A stretch of 64,000 bases of DNA. Source: Vicinamibacteria bacterium. GTDB lineage: Bacteria; Acidobacteriota; Vicinamibacteria; Marinacidobacterales; Marinacidobacteraceae. The notes under the pieces are model-generated. The model saw only the letters and a list, made by a program, of their open reading frames with translations. It was not told the DNA's origin and did not search any database. This document shows positions 40,161 to 49,574 of the stretch, piece by piece. The translations under genes and the position numbers were made by a program. Location of the stretch: contig CBDATA010000001.1 of NCBI GenBank assembly GCA_965199715.1, positions 160,001 through 224,000 of the forward strand, given 5' to 3'. Numbering within the stretch: position 1 is the stretch's first letter; every line of letters begins with the position of its first letter.

Positions 40161-41384
40161 CCCCTCTCTCCCCGGGCGCCCGCCGCCTGCCGACGCATCA
40201 CGTCACGATGCGCGTCCCCTGGCACTACGACGGCTGGGCGGGCACGGTCTGCAATCGGCCGGCGGACAATACGAGCTGTCCAATCCTTCCGCGAATCAGC
40301 GAGGCGAAGAAGGACGAGAAGGAGGCTCAGTAAGGGGGCCAACGGTTCGACACGCCAGCCGCCGAGAATCGCCCCCCATGCGTCGGCGAACGCGCGTCCT
40401 TCATGGCCCCATTGCCCTTGACGCGCTCCACGATTCATCCGTACAAGGAGTGGGCCGAAACCCACCAGCACTTCGAGGCTACGCGAGTCGTCCAGGAGGC
40501 GTACTCGGCTGCATGCGTCCCGTTTCGATGGATGCTCCGGGAAACGGTCGAGGGAAGCGCAAGGAGCAAGGACATCGGTCTCGCGGCACGACTGCGACTC
40601 GGATACATGCCGGAACAGGAGCCGGACGTACGGGATCGCCAAGGCAAATCGCACGACACGAACTGGATCCAGGAGCGTGAGAATCAGCTCGCCTTGCCGG
40701 ACACGTTCTTCGGCGCCATGCAGCCAGCGGAGTCGCTGTGCTTCTTCTGCGCCAAACGGACGCCGTTGTCCGAGCAGTCCCGGCGCCTGTTGGCTCTTGT
40801 CGCGCGAGCTCCTGTACACGGCGTTGACCAGGCAGACACGGAGGTTGGTCGTCCTGCATCAAGGCCCGCTCGCCGATCCTCGCAAGTTCGCGCACGCCGA
40901 GAATTCCGAAGTCGCGCGCCGGATGACGAACCGGTTCGCGGATCCAATCCCCTGCGCCGTCGAGAGCGGGAGTCGCGAGACCTTCCTGGAACGAGGCCTT
41001 GTCCATCGCACGGAGCGGGGAGAAATCGTACGTTCCAAATCCGAGATCGTAATCGCGGACAAACTGTATGGCCGAGACGTGGATTGCACCTACGAGCGTC
41101 CGCTCAGGATTGGAGGTGGCCGGACTCGTTATCCGGACTTCACGATCGTGGACGACGACCAGGGGAAGACCTTCTGCTGGGAGCATCTCGGCCTGCTCCA
41201 CGATTCCGGATACCGCGAACGGTGGGAACGGAAACGGGCGGAATACGTCGAGTACGGGATCAAGCCCTACGAAGAGCGCGGTGGGCCCCCGGGGACGCTC
41301 ATTGAGACTCGTGACGATCCGAACGGCGGATTGGACGCCGGTGAGATCGCACGCCTGATCGACCGAGAGATTCTGGGGGACTGA
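40157..41384 (+). pseudogene. RecD-like SF1 helicase-nuclease remnant (nonsense codon plus large internal deletion)
   Basis: N-terminus HVTMRVPWHYDGWAGTVC...C...PPC...VPFRWM with in-frame TAA at 40331. Abrupt jump near 40790 to helicase motif VI SRELLYTALTRQ and a PD-(D/E)xK tail VRSKSEIVIA...YPDFTI...WEHLG. No Walker A. Confidence 0.8.
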
Positions 41385-41459
41385 GCGGCCCGGGCTCCCG
41401 CACGGCCCGGTGCACCGACCCGAAGGGGCGACGGCCTCGAGGGGTCTAGAGTTACGGTC

Positions 41460-43499
41460 ATGATCCGCTGCGCGGCGCTAGCCCTGGTCGGGCCATTCTC
41501 CGCCGTTCTCGCGCTCGGCGCGCAGGCCCCGCTCCCGCTCTCCGACGAGCACGAGACGTGGCTGGAGCGGGACGTCGCGTACATCATCAGCGACCGGGAG
41601 CGGGACGCCTTCCGCAACCTGATCTCGGCGGCGGAGCGCGACGCCTTCATCCGGAGCTTCTGGTCGCGGCGCGATCCGGAGCCGCTCACGCCCGAGAACG
41701 AGTTTCGGGCCGAGCACTACGAGCGGATCGAGTACGCGAACCTGCGCCTCGGCGGCGAGACCGCCGTCCCCGGCTGGATGACCGACCGCGGCCGCGTCTG
41801 GATCCAGCTCGGCGAGCCGGACGAGCGCACCAACTTCAACTCGGTTCCGGGCCTCTACCCCGCGGAGCTGTGGTTCTACCTCGCCGACGACGAGAAGCTG
41901 CTTCCCCCGATCTACGTGCTCTTCTTCCGCGAGTACAACGCCGGCCCGTACATCCAGTACAACCACCTGATCCACCAGCCGGAAGAGCTGATGCCGGCCC
42001 GTTCGTTCTCGGTGGACGAATCGCGGATGGAGGCGTACGCGCTGCTCTCCGAGATCGCGCCCGAGCTCGCGCACGCGAGCATCACGATGCGGGCCGATCG
42101 CGGTGTCTCGGCGAGCCTGCTGCAGCCCGAGATGGAGATCCTCCAAACCCAGCAGGTGCTCTCCGACATCAACCGGGCCCCGTACCGCCTGCTGGACACG
42201 AACTGGGTCGCCGGAGCCGACGCGCGCGGGTTGGTCGAGAGCGACTACCTGTTCAACTTCGTGCCGAGCGCCGGAATCGTCCGGGTCTTCCCCGGCCCCG
42301 ACCCCGGGACGTTCTTCGTCCACTACGCGATCGAGATCGAGCCGCAGCACTTCACGGTCGCCCGGGAGGAAGGCGGCAGCGAGTACTTCACCCGCTTCGA
42401 GATCACCGGCGAAGTCGTGGACGCCGAGGATCGCGTGGTCCACGACTTCGCGGTCGAACCGTTCCTGCGCCTGACCGAGAGTCAGTTGCAGGACGTGGGC
42501 GCGCGGCCCTTCGCCTACCGGGGCTCGTTCCCGCTGATTCCCGGCGACTTCCGGATGCGGGTGATCCTGCGGAACGCGGCGCGCACCGAGTACACGCTGT
42601 TCGAGGACGAACTGACGGCGGGCGGGCCGGCGTCCCGCCCGGTGCTGCTGCACGGCCCCCCGCGCGAGGCCGAGGGCCCCGGGCACCGCGCGTGGGGCCT
42701 CGGCGACGAGCTGCTGGTTCCGAACGCGCGGGGCGTCGCGACGCTCGGCGCCCGCGTCCAGGCGATCGCCGCGGTTCCTGGCGGCGATCGCGCGACCTTC
42801 CGGGTGGCGCCGTGGCGGGCCGACGGCGCCGGCGCCGCGCCGGTCGCGGAAGAGGAAGTGGCGGTCGAGAACGGGATCGCGTTCTGGTCGGTCGGAACGG
42901 CCGACTGGGAGACCGGGCGCTACGTCGTGTCGCTCGAGGCGGGCGGCGAGGAGCGCGGCGTCACCCTCGACCTGACGGCCCGCAGCGCGGTGGCCGTCCC
43001 GTGGGGGCTCAGCGACTCGTTCGCGATGGAGGCCCCCGGCGCGTTCGATTCCGCTTTGGCCGAGCAGTGGCTGCGGGCCGAGAAACCCGATCGCGCCCGG
43101 CGGGGCTTCGCGGCGGCGCTCGCCGAGAATCCGAACCTCGGCCGGGCGCGGCTCGCGCTTGGGCGGTTCGCGCTTGACGACGGCGCGGCGCGGGAGGCGG
43201 TGCGGCTCCTCGAGCCGGCGCTCGCGCAAGCGCCCGAGGACGTGGCGGTGCTGCGGGTGCTCGGGGACGCGCACCGGGAATCCGGCAACCGCGCACGGGC
43301 GGCGGAGCTCTACGAGCGCTCCCTGCCGCTGGCCGCCGCCGATCCGGCGCTCCTGAACGCGCTGGCGCTGTCTCTCGCGGCTTCGGGGGAGCGGAGCCGC
43401 GCGGCGGACTACCTCGAGCAGTCGCTGGAGCTCGCTCCGGAGCAGCCGGAGGTGCGCGAGCTGCTCGCGACCTTGCGCTCGGCGGCCTCGCCGCGCTGA
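41460..43499 (+). CDS. GWxTD domain protein with C-terminal TPRs
   Basis: WLERDVAYII, FWSRRDP, EHYERIEYAN, GWMTDRGRVWIQLGEP; C-terminal TPR helices. Confidence 0.9.
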   Translation: MIRCAALALVGPFSAVLALGAQAPLPLSDEHETWLERDVAYIISDRERDAFRNLISAAERDAFIRSFWSRRDPEPLTPENEFRAEHYERIEYANLRLGGETAVPGWMTDRGRVWIQLGEPDERTNFNSVPGLYPAELWFYLADDEKLLPPIYVLFFREYNAGPYIQYNHLIHQPEELMPARSFSVDESRMEAYALLSEIAPELAHASITMRADRGVSASLLQPEMEILQTQQVLSDINRAPYRLLDTNWVAGADARGLVESDYLFNFVPSAGIVRVFPGPDPGTFFVHYAIEIEPQHFTVAREEGGSEYFTRFEITGEVVDAEDRVVHDFAVEPFLRLTESQLQDVGARPFAYRGSFPLIPGDFRMRVILRNAARTEYTLFEDELTAGGPASRPVLLHGPPREAEGPGHRAWGLGDELLVPNARGVATLGARVQAIAAVPGGDRATFRVAPWRADGAGAAPVAEEEVAVENGIAFWSVGTADWETGRYVVSLEAGGEERGVTLDLTARSAVAVPWGLSDSFAMEAPGAFDSALAEQWLRAEKPDRARRGFAAALAENPNLGRARLALGRFALDDGAAREAVRLLEPALAQAPEDVAVLRVLGDAHRESGNRARAAELYERSLPLAAADPALLNALALSLAASGERSRAADYLEQSLELAPEQPEVRELLATLRSAASPR

Positions 43500-43712
43500 G
43501 GCGGGTCGCGTTCCGCTTTTCCTTCTGGGGAATCCGGCGTACGCGTTCTGGTTCCGACGCCGGGTGGAGTCGGATTCAGCCTCGCAGGATGAACTCGTCG
43601 CGTCGAGTCTCGGGGACGAGGATGGAGCCGGAGCCGGGGCCGTTCAACGAACCGGCGAGTTTCTACGGGCCGTTGGAACGCCCGGGGACCAGCGTCCGTT
43701 CCACCCGATCCC

Positions 43713-43725
43713 CAAGTCGCTGATA
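43713..43725 (-). promoter_or_regulatory. IHF-binding-site-like sequence
   Basis: Reverse complement TATCAGCGACTTG matches WATCAR-N4-TTR; about 45 bp upstream of a sigma54 motif. Confidence 0.5.
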
Positions 43726-43766
43726 GAAGATAACTTGCGGTAGCGGTTGGGATCGCGCCCCGTCCA

Positions 43767-43781
43767 TGGCATAATCCTTGC
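43767..43781 (+). promoter_or_regulatory. Sigma54 (RpoN) -24/-12 promoter
   Basis: TGGCATAATCCTTGC = TGGCA..GG-N10-GC..TTGC, 80 bp upstream of the TonB receptor ATG. Confidence 0.7.
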
Positions 43782-43861
43782 CCCGAACCTCGCAACCCGC
43801 GGCCACGGAGACTCCCGGGCCGCTCCACCGACACCCCACAACCCCTTTCCAAGGAGGAATC

Positions 43862-46800
43862 ATGCGGAAGTCCACTTTCGCGCTGCTGCTCGCGGCGGCC
43901 ATCGCTCTTCCGGCGCTCGCGTTCGGACAGGGCGGCGACTCGAGCATCCGCGGCACGGTCACCGACGACACCGGAGCGGTGCTTCCCGGCGTCACGGTCA
44001 CCGCGATGAGCCCGGCGCTCATCGCCCCCGCCACGGCGGTCACCGACGGTCAGGGCGGCTACCGGCTGCTCAACCTGCCGGTCGGCGAGTACGCCATCGA
44101 GGCCGCGCTCTCCGGTTTCGCCACCTACCGGCAGGAAGGCGTCCTGCTGCGGGCGAGCACCAACATCGGCGTGGACCCGGTGCTGTCGATCAGCACGGTC
44201 CAAGAGACGGTCACGGTCACCGCCGAGACCCCGATGCTCGAAATCTCGCGGCCCGGCAACATCCTGACCATCGAGGGCGATCTCCAGCGGGACCTCCCGA
44301 TTCAGGCCCGCGGCAACTGGAGCGACTTCCTCGAGATGACTCCCGGCGTCAACGCCCGTCCCTTCGACGACGGCTCGGGCCGGATGGTCTATTTCGGCCA
44401 CGCCACCGAGCACTTCGCCCACGTGATCCAGCTCGAGGGCATGGCGGCGGCCGGTTACACCGACTCGCAGGTCACCTACGTCGGCATGAACGCCGACATG
44501 ATGGAGGACATGTCCGTCAAGACCGGCGGCGCCGAGGCCAAGGACCCGATGGGAACCGGCCTCATCATCAACGTGGTCACCCGCAGCGGCGGTAACGACC
44601 TCGCCGCGTCGGCCGCCTACGACCTCCAGTCGTTCGACTGGGGCACCGGCGACGAAGCCGGTTCGGGCGGGTTCTTCGGCGACAACGAGCTGCCGGACAA
44701 CTTCAACCCATTCTCCAGCGAGAAGTCCAATTTCGAGTCGCTGGGCGTGTACAGCCCGCCGGAGGGTCGCGCCGCGGCCGCCGGCACCCCGACTGCGCAT
44801 CAGGTGCGCCAGGCCGACTTCTCGTTCGGCGGCCCGATCATGCGCGACAAGGCGTGGTTCTTCGCTTCGTACCGGTATGCCGACCTCGCCGCGCGGATCA
44901 GCCGCGGCTCCACCGACATCGAGCGCCTCAACGCTCTCGGCGGACTCTCGCTCGGCGGACTCGGCACCACCCCGGTGTACAGCGAGTTCTACAACACCAC
45001 GAAGAGCCACCAGCCCTACGTGAAGATCAGCTCCCAGGTCGGCGTCGGACACGAACTGAACGTGTACTACCAGCGCGACACCACCGAGAACACCTCGAAC
45101 CGGGAGTACGACCTCGCGCCGCGCTACACGGTGCAGACGGGCGGCAACCTCTACGGCGCCAAGCTGACCTCGGTCTTCGGGGCCGCGACGACCGGCCAGT
45201 TCACGCTGTCCTACAACGACAAGGCCTCCCAGCGGCCGCTGGACATCCAGCCGCAGCTCGACAGCGTCGTCCCCTACGTGGAGATCCACGCCGGCTACTC
45301 GGTGAACGACAGCGGCACGATCAGCCGCGGCGGACGGATCGCCGCGCTCGGAACCGGAAACGGTTCGGACCGGCCGGCGCGCCTCGTCCTGTTGCGGGCC
45401 GACATGACGCACTACCTCGACGACGTGGCGGGATCCCACGAAATCGGCTTCGGCGTGTACGCCGCCCCGTGGAACACCTACCCGAGCACGACGGTCTATG
45501 CGACCACCAACGGCTGGGGCACGGAGTACCACACGCCGGTGGACGCGAGCGGCAACCCGACCAGCGATCCCAACCTCGCGGCCGGCACGCGCTGGTTCGA
45601 GCGCCGCCGCACCGGCGACCAGAACGGTCCGATCGACTCGCTCAAGACGATCGACGCGCAGGACAGCGACATCGGCGTCTACCTGCAGGACTCGTGGAAG
45701 CCGATCGACCGGCTTACCCTGAACCTCGGCGTCCGCGCCGACTTCGTGCGCCGTTACGACAACATCCAGGACTTCGAGCGGATGAACACGCTCGCTCTCG
45801 GTCCGCGGGCCGGATTCGCCTACCAGCTCACCGAGGATGGCCGCAACATCCTGCGGGGCAACGTGGGCCGAGTCCATGAGCAGATGAACGGCCGGGACAA
45901 CATCACCCGGGTGCACGGCGCCTCCTCCGTGGGCAGCTACGTCCAGTACGACCACGACGGCGACGGACTGGCCGACCACGATCAGTACACGCCGCCCTCC
46001 GCCGGGATTCCGCGCGAGTACCTGTTCGACGGCGACATCGGTCAGCCGTTCGTGGACGAGGCCATCGTCGGCCTGCGCCGGCAGTTCCAGGGCCAGTTCG
46101 CCATGGACGTCGCGCTGGTGCACCGCCGCTACACGGACAACTACGCGCTGCTCGAGCAGAACGGCGTCTATCCGTCGGTTCCGCCGTCGTTGCCGCTCGG
46201 CGAGTTCCAGTTCGGCGCAGTGGACATCGACTACGGCAACATCAACCAGCAGACCAACAACAGTTGGAGCAAGCTGGTGTACACCGCGCTCGAGATCACG
46301 TCCACCCGCCGCACCGAAAGGATGTCCGCCACGCTGAACATCAGCCGTCAGTGGCAGCACTTCGCCGGCGACTGGAACCCGAACGACCCCGCCCGGTACA
46401 TCCAGCCGGACAAGTTCGATTCCAACAAGGCGCTGTACATGCCCCGCGGCAACAACGAGCAGAACACGCTTCGCGACTCGAGCAACCTGTCCTACGCCCC
46501 GACGTGGCGGCAGTACTCGATCCGCGGCGGCATGAGCTACCTGATGCCCTGGGACGTCACCGCGGCGCTCAGCTACACCGCGAACGCGGGACCGTGGTCC
46601 GGTCCGCCGATCAGCCGGCTCGCCGCCGACGATCCGCAGGTGACCCAGTACGGCCCGGGCTCGGCCAACAACGGCCGTACGAACCCGCTGGCGACTCGCT
46701 ACCGCATCGTCGGCGCGGACCGCGGCGAGCTTCAGGTCCAGGCCCCGACGGTCCACACGGTCGGCCTCTCGCTTGGAAAGATCATTCCTCTCGGGCCGGC

Positions 46801-46963
46801 CTCCTTCGAGATCTCGGGCCAGGTGTTCAACCTGTTCGACGCCTACAACCACAACCAGTTCACCTATAGCGGAGCGAACCGGACGTGGAAGGCGGCCTTC
46901 CTCGAGCTTCGGAGCCGGCAGAACGCCCGCACCATGCTCCTGCGGGGGACCCTCCGCTTCTAG
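43862..46963 (+). CDS. TonB-dependent receptor (Oar-type)
   Basis: AAGGAGG RBS, signal peptide, GTVTDDTGAVLPGVTV, FGGPIMRDKAWFF, YLQDSWK, LNLGVRAD, GPRAGFAY, terminal LRF. Confidence 0.93.
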   Translation: MRKSTFALLLAAAIALPALAFGQGGDSSIRGTVTDDTGAVLPGVTVTAMSPALIAPATAVTDGQGGYRLLNLPVGEYAIEAALSGFATYRQEGVLLRASTNIGVDPVLSISTVQETVTVTAETPMLEISRPGNILTIEGDLQRDLPIQARGNWSDFLEMTPGVNARPFDDGSGRMVYFGHATEHFAHVIQLEGMAAAGYTDSQVTYVGMNADMMEDMSVKTGGAEAKDPMGTGLIINVVTRSGGNDLAASAAYDLQSFDWGTGDEAGSGGFFGDNELPDNFNPFSSEKSNFESLGVYSPPEGRAAAAGTPTAHQVRQADFSFGGPIMRDKAWFFASYRYADLAARISRGSTDIERLNALGGLSLGGLGTTPVYSEFYNTTKSHQPYVKISSQVGVGHELNVYYQRDTTENTSNREYDLAPRYTVQTGGNLYGAKLTSVFGAATTGQFTLSYNDKASQRPLDIQPQLDSVVPYVEIHAGYSVNDSGTISRGGRIAALGTGNGSDRPARLVLLRADMTHYLDDVAGSHEIGFGVYAAPWNTYPSTTVYATTNGWGTEYHTPVDASGNPTSDPNLAAGTRWFERRRTGDQNGPIDSLKTIDAQDSDIGVYLQDSWKPIDRLTLNLGVRADFVRRYDNIQDFERMNTLALGPRAGFAYQLTEDGRNILRGNVGRVHEQMNGRDNITRVHGASSVGSYVQYDHDGDGLADHDQYTPPSAGIPREYLFDGDIGQPFVDEAIVGLRRQFQGQFAMDVALVHRRYTDNYALLEQNGVYPSVPPSLPLGEFQFGAVDIDYGNINQQTNNSWSKLVYTALEITSTRRTERMSATLNISRQWQHFAGDWNPNDPARYIQPDKFDSNKALYMPRGNNEQNTLRDSSNLSYAPTWRQYSIRGGMSYLMPWDVTAALSYTANAGPWSGPPISRLAADDPQVTQYGPGSANNGRTNPLATRYRIVGADRGELQVQAPTVHTVGLSLGKIIPLGPASFEISGQVFNLFDAYNHNQFTYSGANRTWKAAFLELRSRQNARTMLLRGTLRF

Positions 46964-46987
46964 GAAGCTCGCTTCCTGGAGCTCTCA

Positions 46988-47025
46988 GGCGCCCGTCCCC
47001 TCGGGGGCGGGCGCCGCTTCTATTT
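46988..47025. terminator. Intrinsic terminator-like hairpin between convergent genes
   Basis: GGCGCCCGTCCC-CTCG-GGGGCGGGCGCC followed by GCTTCTATTT. Confidence 0.65.
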
Positions 47026-47529
47026 CCGGAGGCGTCCGGTCCGCACGAAGCGACGGAACGAGTCCTGCCGGAAGCGCAGCATCCCCGCTCCGCCGCAGTT
47101 CTGGACCCCCGCCCGGCGGCAACGCTGGACGAGGCGAATCCCCGACTCCGCGCGCACGACGACGAAGGTGGGCTGCGGGCTCGCGTCGCCGAGCGGGACG
47201 TTCATGTCCGCTCCCGGCTGCCCGTCGCCGACGCCGAGCGGCTCGCTCGCGAGCGAGGGGCCCGCACACCCGGCGGACCGGCGCAGCAGGCCGCCGTCAC
47301 GGCAGTAGTAGTCGCTCTCGCCCCTCAGCGCCTCGATGCGATCCCGAGTGACGACCACGTCGTCCGGGTATTGATAGCCCGAGTGCCGGCGGATCCACGT
47401 CTCGGCGCGCGCCCATTCGAGGGCGCACTCCCCGACGCAGGCGACGGGCGGCTCGTCACTCTCGACGACGAACTCCCGGGCGGTCACGCACCCGGTGAGG
47501 ACGGCCGCGAACAGCGCAAGGCGCTTCAT
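47020..47529 (-). CDS. Cys-rich hypothetical lipoprotein
   Basis: MKRLALFAAVLTGC lipobox; six further Cys; TAGGGT 8 nt upstream of the ATG. Confidence 0.65.
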   Translation of the reverse strand: MKRLALFAAVLTGCVTAREFVVESDEPPVACVGECALEWARAETWIRRHSGYQYPDDVVVTRDRIEALRGESDYYCRDGGLLRRSAGCAGPSLASEPLGVGDGQPGADMNVPLGDASPQPTFVVVRAESGIRLVQRCRRAGVQNCGGAGMLRFRQDSFRRFVRTGRLRK

Positions 47530-47570
47530 GGTTCCCAACCCTACCGGGATTCGGGGATACCCTTGCCCGG

Positions 47571-49574
47571 ATGATCCTCCGACTCGCCGCCACGCTCCTC
47601 GTCCTCGCCGCCCCGCTCGCCCTCGCCCAGGACCAGCGGGCCATGACCGTCGTGGACATGCTCGAGGTTCCGCGGATCGGCGATCCCCGGCTCTCGCCCG
47701 ACGGGACGGCGCTGCTGTACACGCGCACCGACGCCGACTGGGAGGAGAACCGCCGGGTCACCCACATCCACCGGATCGGCGCGGACGGGACCGGCGACGT
47801 CCGGCTCACGAACGGCGAGCGCGGCGAGTCCAGCCCCCGCTGGTCCCCCGACGGCTTCCGGATCGCGTTCCTCGCGCGGCGGGGCGAGACCCGCCAGATC
47901 CACGTCATCCCGGCGAGCGGCGGCGAAGCGGAGGCGCTCACCGACTTCGGAAGCGCGATCCGCTCCTTCGAGTTCGCCCCGGACGGGTCCATCTTCTTCA
48001 GCGCCCCGGAACCGAAGACCGCCGACGAGAAACGGCGCGAAGAACGCGGCCACGACGTGTTCGCGTTCGACGAGGACTACCGCCAGATCCACCTCCACCG
48101 GGTCGGGGCCGACGGCGAAACCGAGCGGATCACGAGCGGCGACTTCTCGGTGATCGCGTTCCGCCTCTCGGGCGACGGCGGGCGCGTCGTGCATTCCCGG
48201 GCGCCGACGTCGCTGCTCGACAACTCCGACGAGGGCGAAATCTGGATCATGGACGCGAACGGCGGGAACGCCCGCCAGCTCACCGACAACGCCGTCGGCG
48301 AGCGGGGCGGCCAGCTTTCGCCCGACGGGACCGAAGTGCTCTTCACGTCGGCTTCGAGCGCCGAGTTCGAGACCTACTTCAACGGCAACGCGTTCGTCGT
48401 TCCCGCGGCGGGAGGGCCGGCGCGCATCCTGTTCGAGGACTTCCCGTACGACGTGAGCCGCGCCGAGTGGGCGCCCGACGGCTCCATCCGGATGCTCGTG
48501 AACACCGGCGTGCGGAGCCAGATCTTCCGGGCCGTCGAGGGAGACGCGCCCGAACCGGTCACGTCGGGCGACCACTCGGTCGCCGGTTGGCACTTCAACG
48601 GGGACGCGCACGCGCTCGGAATCAATACGCCGACGAACGCCGGCGACGTCCACCTGCTGCCCGACGGGGGCGGCGAGCCGGCGAAGGCGACCGCCGTCTT
48701 CGACTACCTCGCCGACGCGTTCCGCCTGCCCCGGCAGGAAGCCGTCCAGTGGGAGGGCGAGGACGGCGTCATGGTCGAGGGCCTCCTGTACTTTCCCCTC
48801 GGTTACGAGGAAGGAACCCGCTACCCGCTCGTCGTGCAGACCCACGGCGGTCCCCGGTCCTCGGACAAATTCGGGTTCGGACGCTGGAGCAGCTACGTGC
48901 CGGTTCTGGCCGCCCGCGGCTACATGGTGTTCAAGCCCAACTACCGGGGCAGCACCGGCTACGGCGACGAATTCCTGCGCGACATGGTGGGCCACTACTT
49001 CAACCAGGCGCATCTCGACGTGATGGCCGGGGTGGACCACCTCATCGAGCGGGGCCTCGCGGACGGCGACCGCATGGCGAAGATGGGCTGGAGCGCCGGC
49101 GGCCACATGACCAACAAGATCATCACGCACACCGACCGGTTCAAGGCGGCGAGTTCGGGGGCCGGCGCGGTCAACTGGATCTCCATGTACGGACAGAGCG
49201 ACGTGCGCTTCCCCCGCACTCCGTGGTTCGGCGGCACCCCTTGGCAAGAGGATGCGCCGATCGACGCCTACTGGGGCAACTCGCCGCTTAAGGACATCTA
49301 CCGGGCGACGACCCCGACGCTCGTGCTCGTCGGGGAGAACGACGCCCGGGTCCCGATGGCGCAGTCGGTCGAGCTGTACCGCGCGCTCCGGACGAACGGC
49401 GTGGACACCCACCTGTACGTCGCGCCCCGCGCCGGCCACGGCTGGTCCGAGCTCCGGCACGGCCTGTTCAAGGTGAACGTGGAGCTCGACTGGTTCGAGC
49501 GGCACGTGCGCGGCAAGAAGTACGTCTGGGAGACCGCGCCCGGCGACGAGACTCCCGAGGAGGAGACCGAATGA
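47571..49574 (+). CDS. S9 family (prolyl oligopeptidase/acylaminoacyl) peptidase
   Basis: Signal peptide, SPDG propeller repeats, HGGP, NYRGSTGYG, GWSAGG nucleophile, GENDARV, GHG. Confidence 0.95.
   Translation: MILRLAATLLVLAAPLALAQDQRAMTVVDMLEVPRIGDPRLSPDGTALLYTRTDADWEENRRVTHIHRIGADGTGDVRLTNGERGESSPRWSPDGFRIAFLARRGETRQIHVIPASGGEAEALTDFGSAIRSFEFAPDGSIFFSAPEPKTADEKRREERGHDVFAFDEDYRQIHLHRVGADGETERITSGDFSVIAFRLSGDGGRVVHSRAPTSLLDNSDEGEIWIMDANGGNARQLTDNAVGERGGQLSPDGTEVLFTSASSAEFETYFNGNAFVVPAAGGPARILFEDFPYDVSRAEWAPDGSIRMLVNTGVRSQIFRAVEGDAPEPVTSGDHSVAGWHFNGDAHALGINTPTNAGDVHLLPDGGGEPAKATAVFDYLADAFRLPRQEAVQWEGEDGVMVEGLLYFPLGYEEGTRYPLVVQTHGGPRSSDKFGFGRWSSYVPVLAARGYMVFKPNYRGSTGYGDEFLRDMVGHYFNQAHLDVMAGVDHLIERGLADGDRMAKMGWSAGGHMTNKIITHTDRFKAASSGAGAVNWISMYGQSDVRFPRTPWFGGTPWQEDAPIDAYWGNSPLKDIYRATTPTLVLVGENDARVPMAQSVELYRALRTNGVDTHLYVAPRAGHGWSELRHGLFKVNVELDWFERHVRGKKYVWETAPGDETPEEETE

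Noticed and set aside
43409-46852. Very long antisense/alternative-frame ORFs (e.g. 43409-46852, 25949-28666, 52101-54494, 7437-9551, 34973-37600)
   Set aside because: Shadow ORFs expected at ~70% GC. They are Arg/Gly/Pro-rich, lack motifs and overlap well-supported genes; only the distal part of 34973-37600 carries a real fragment.
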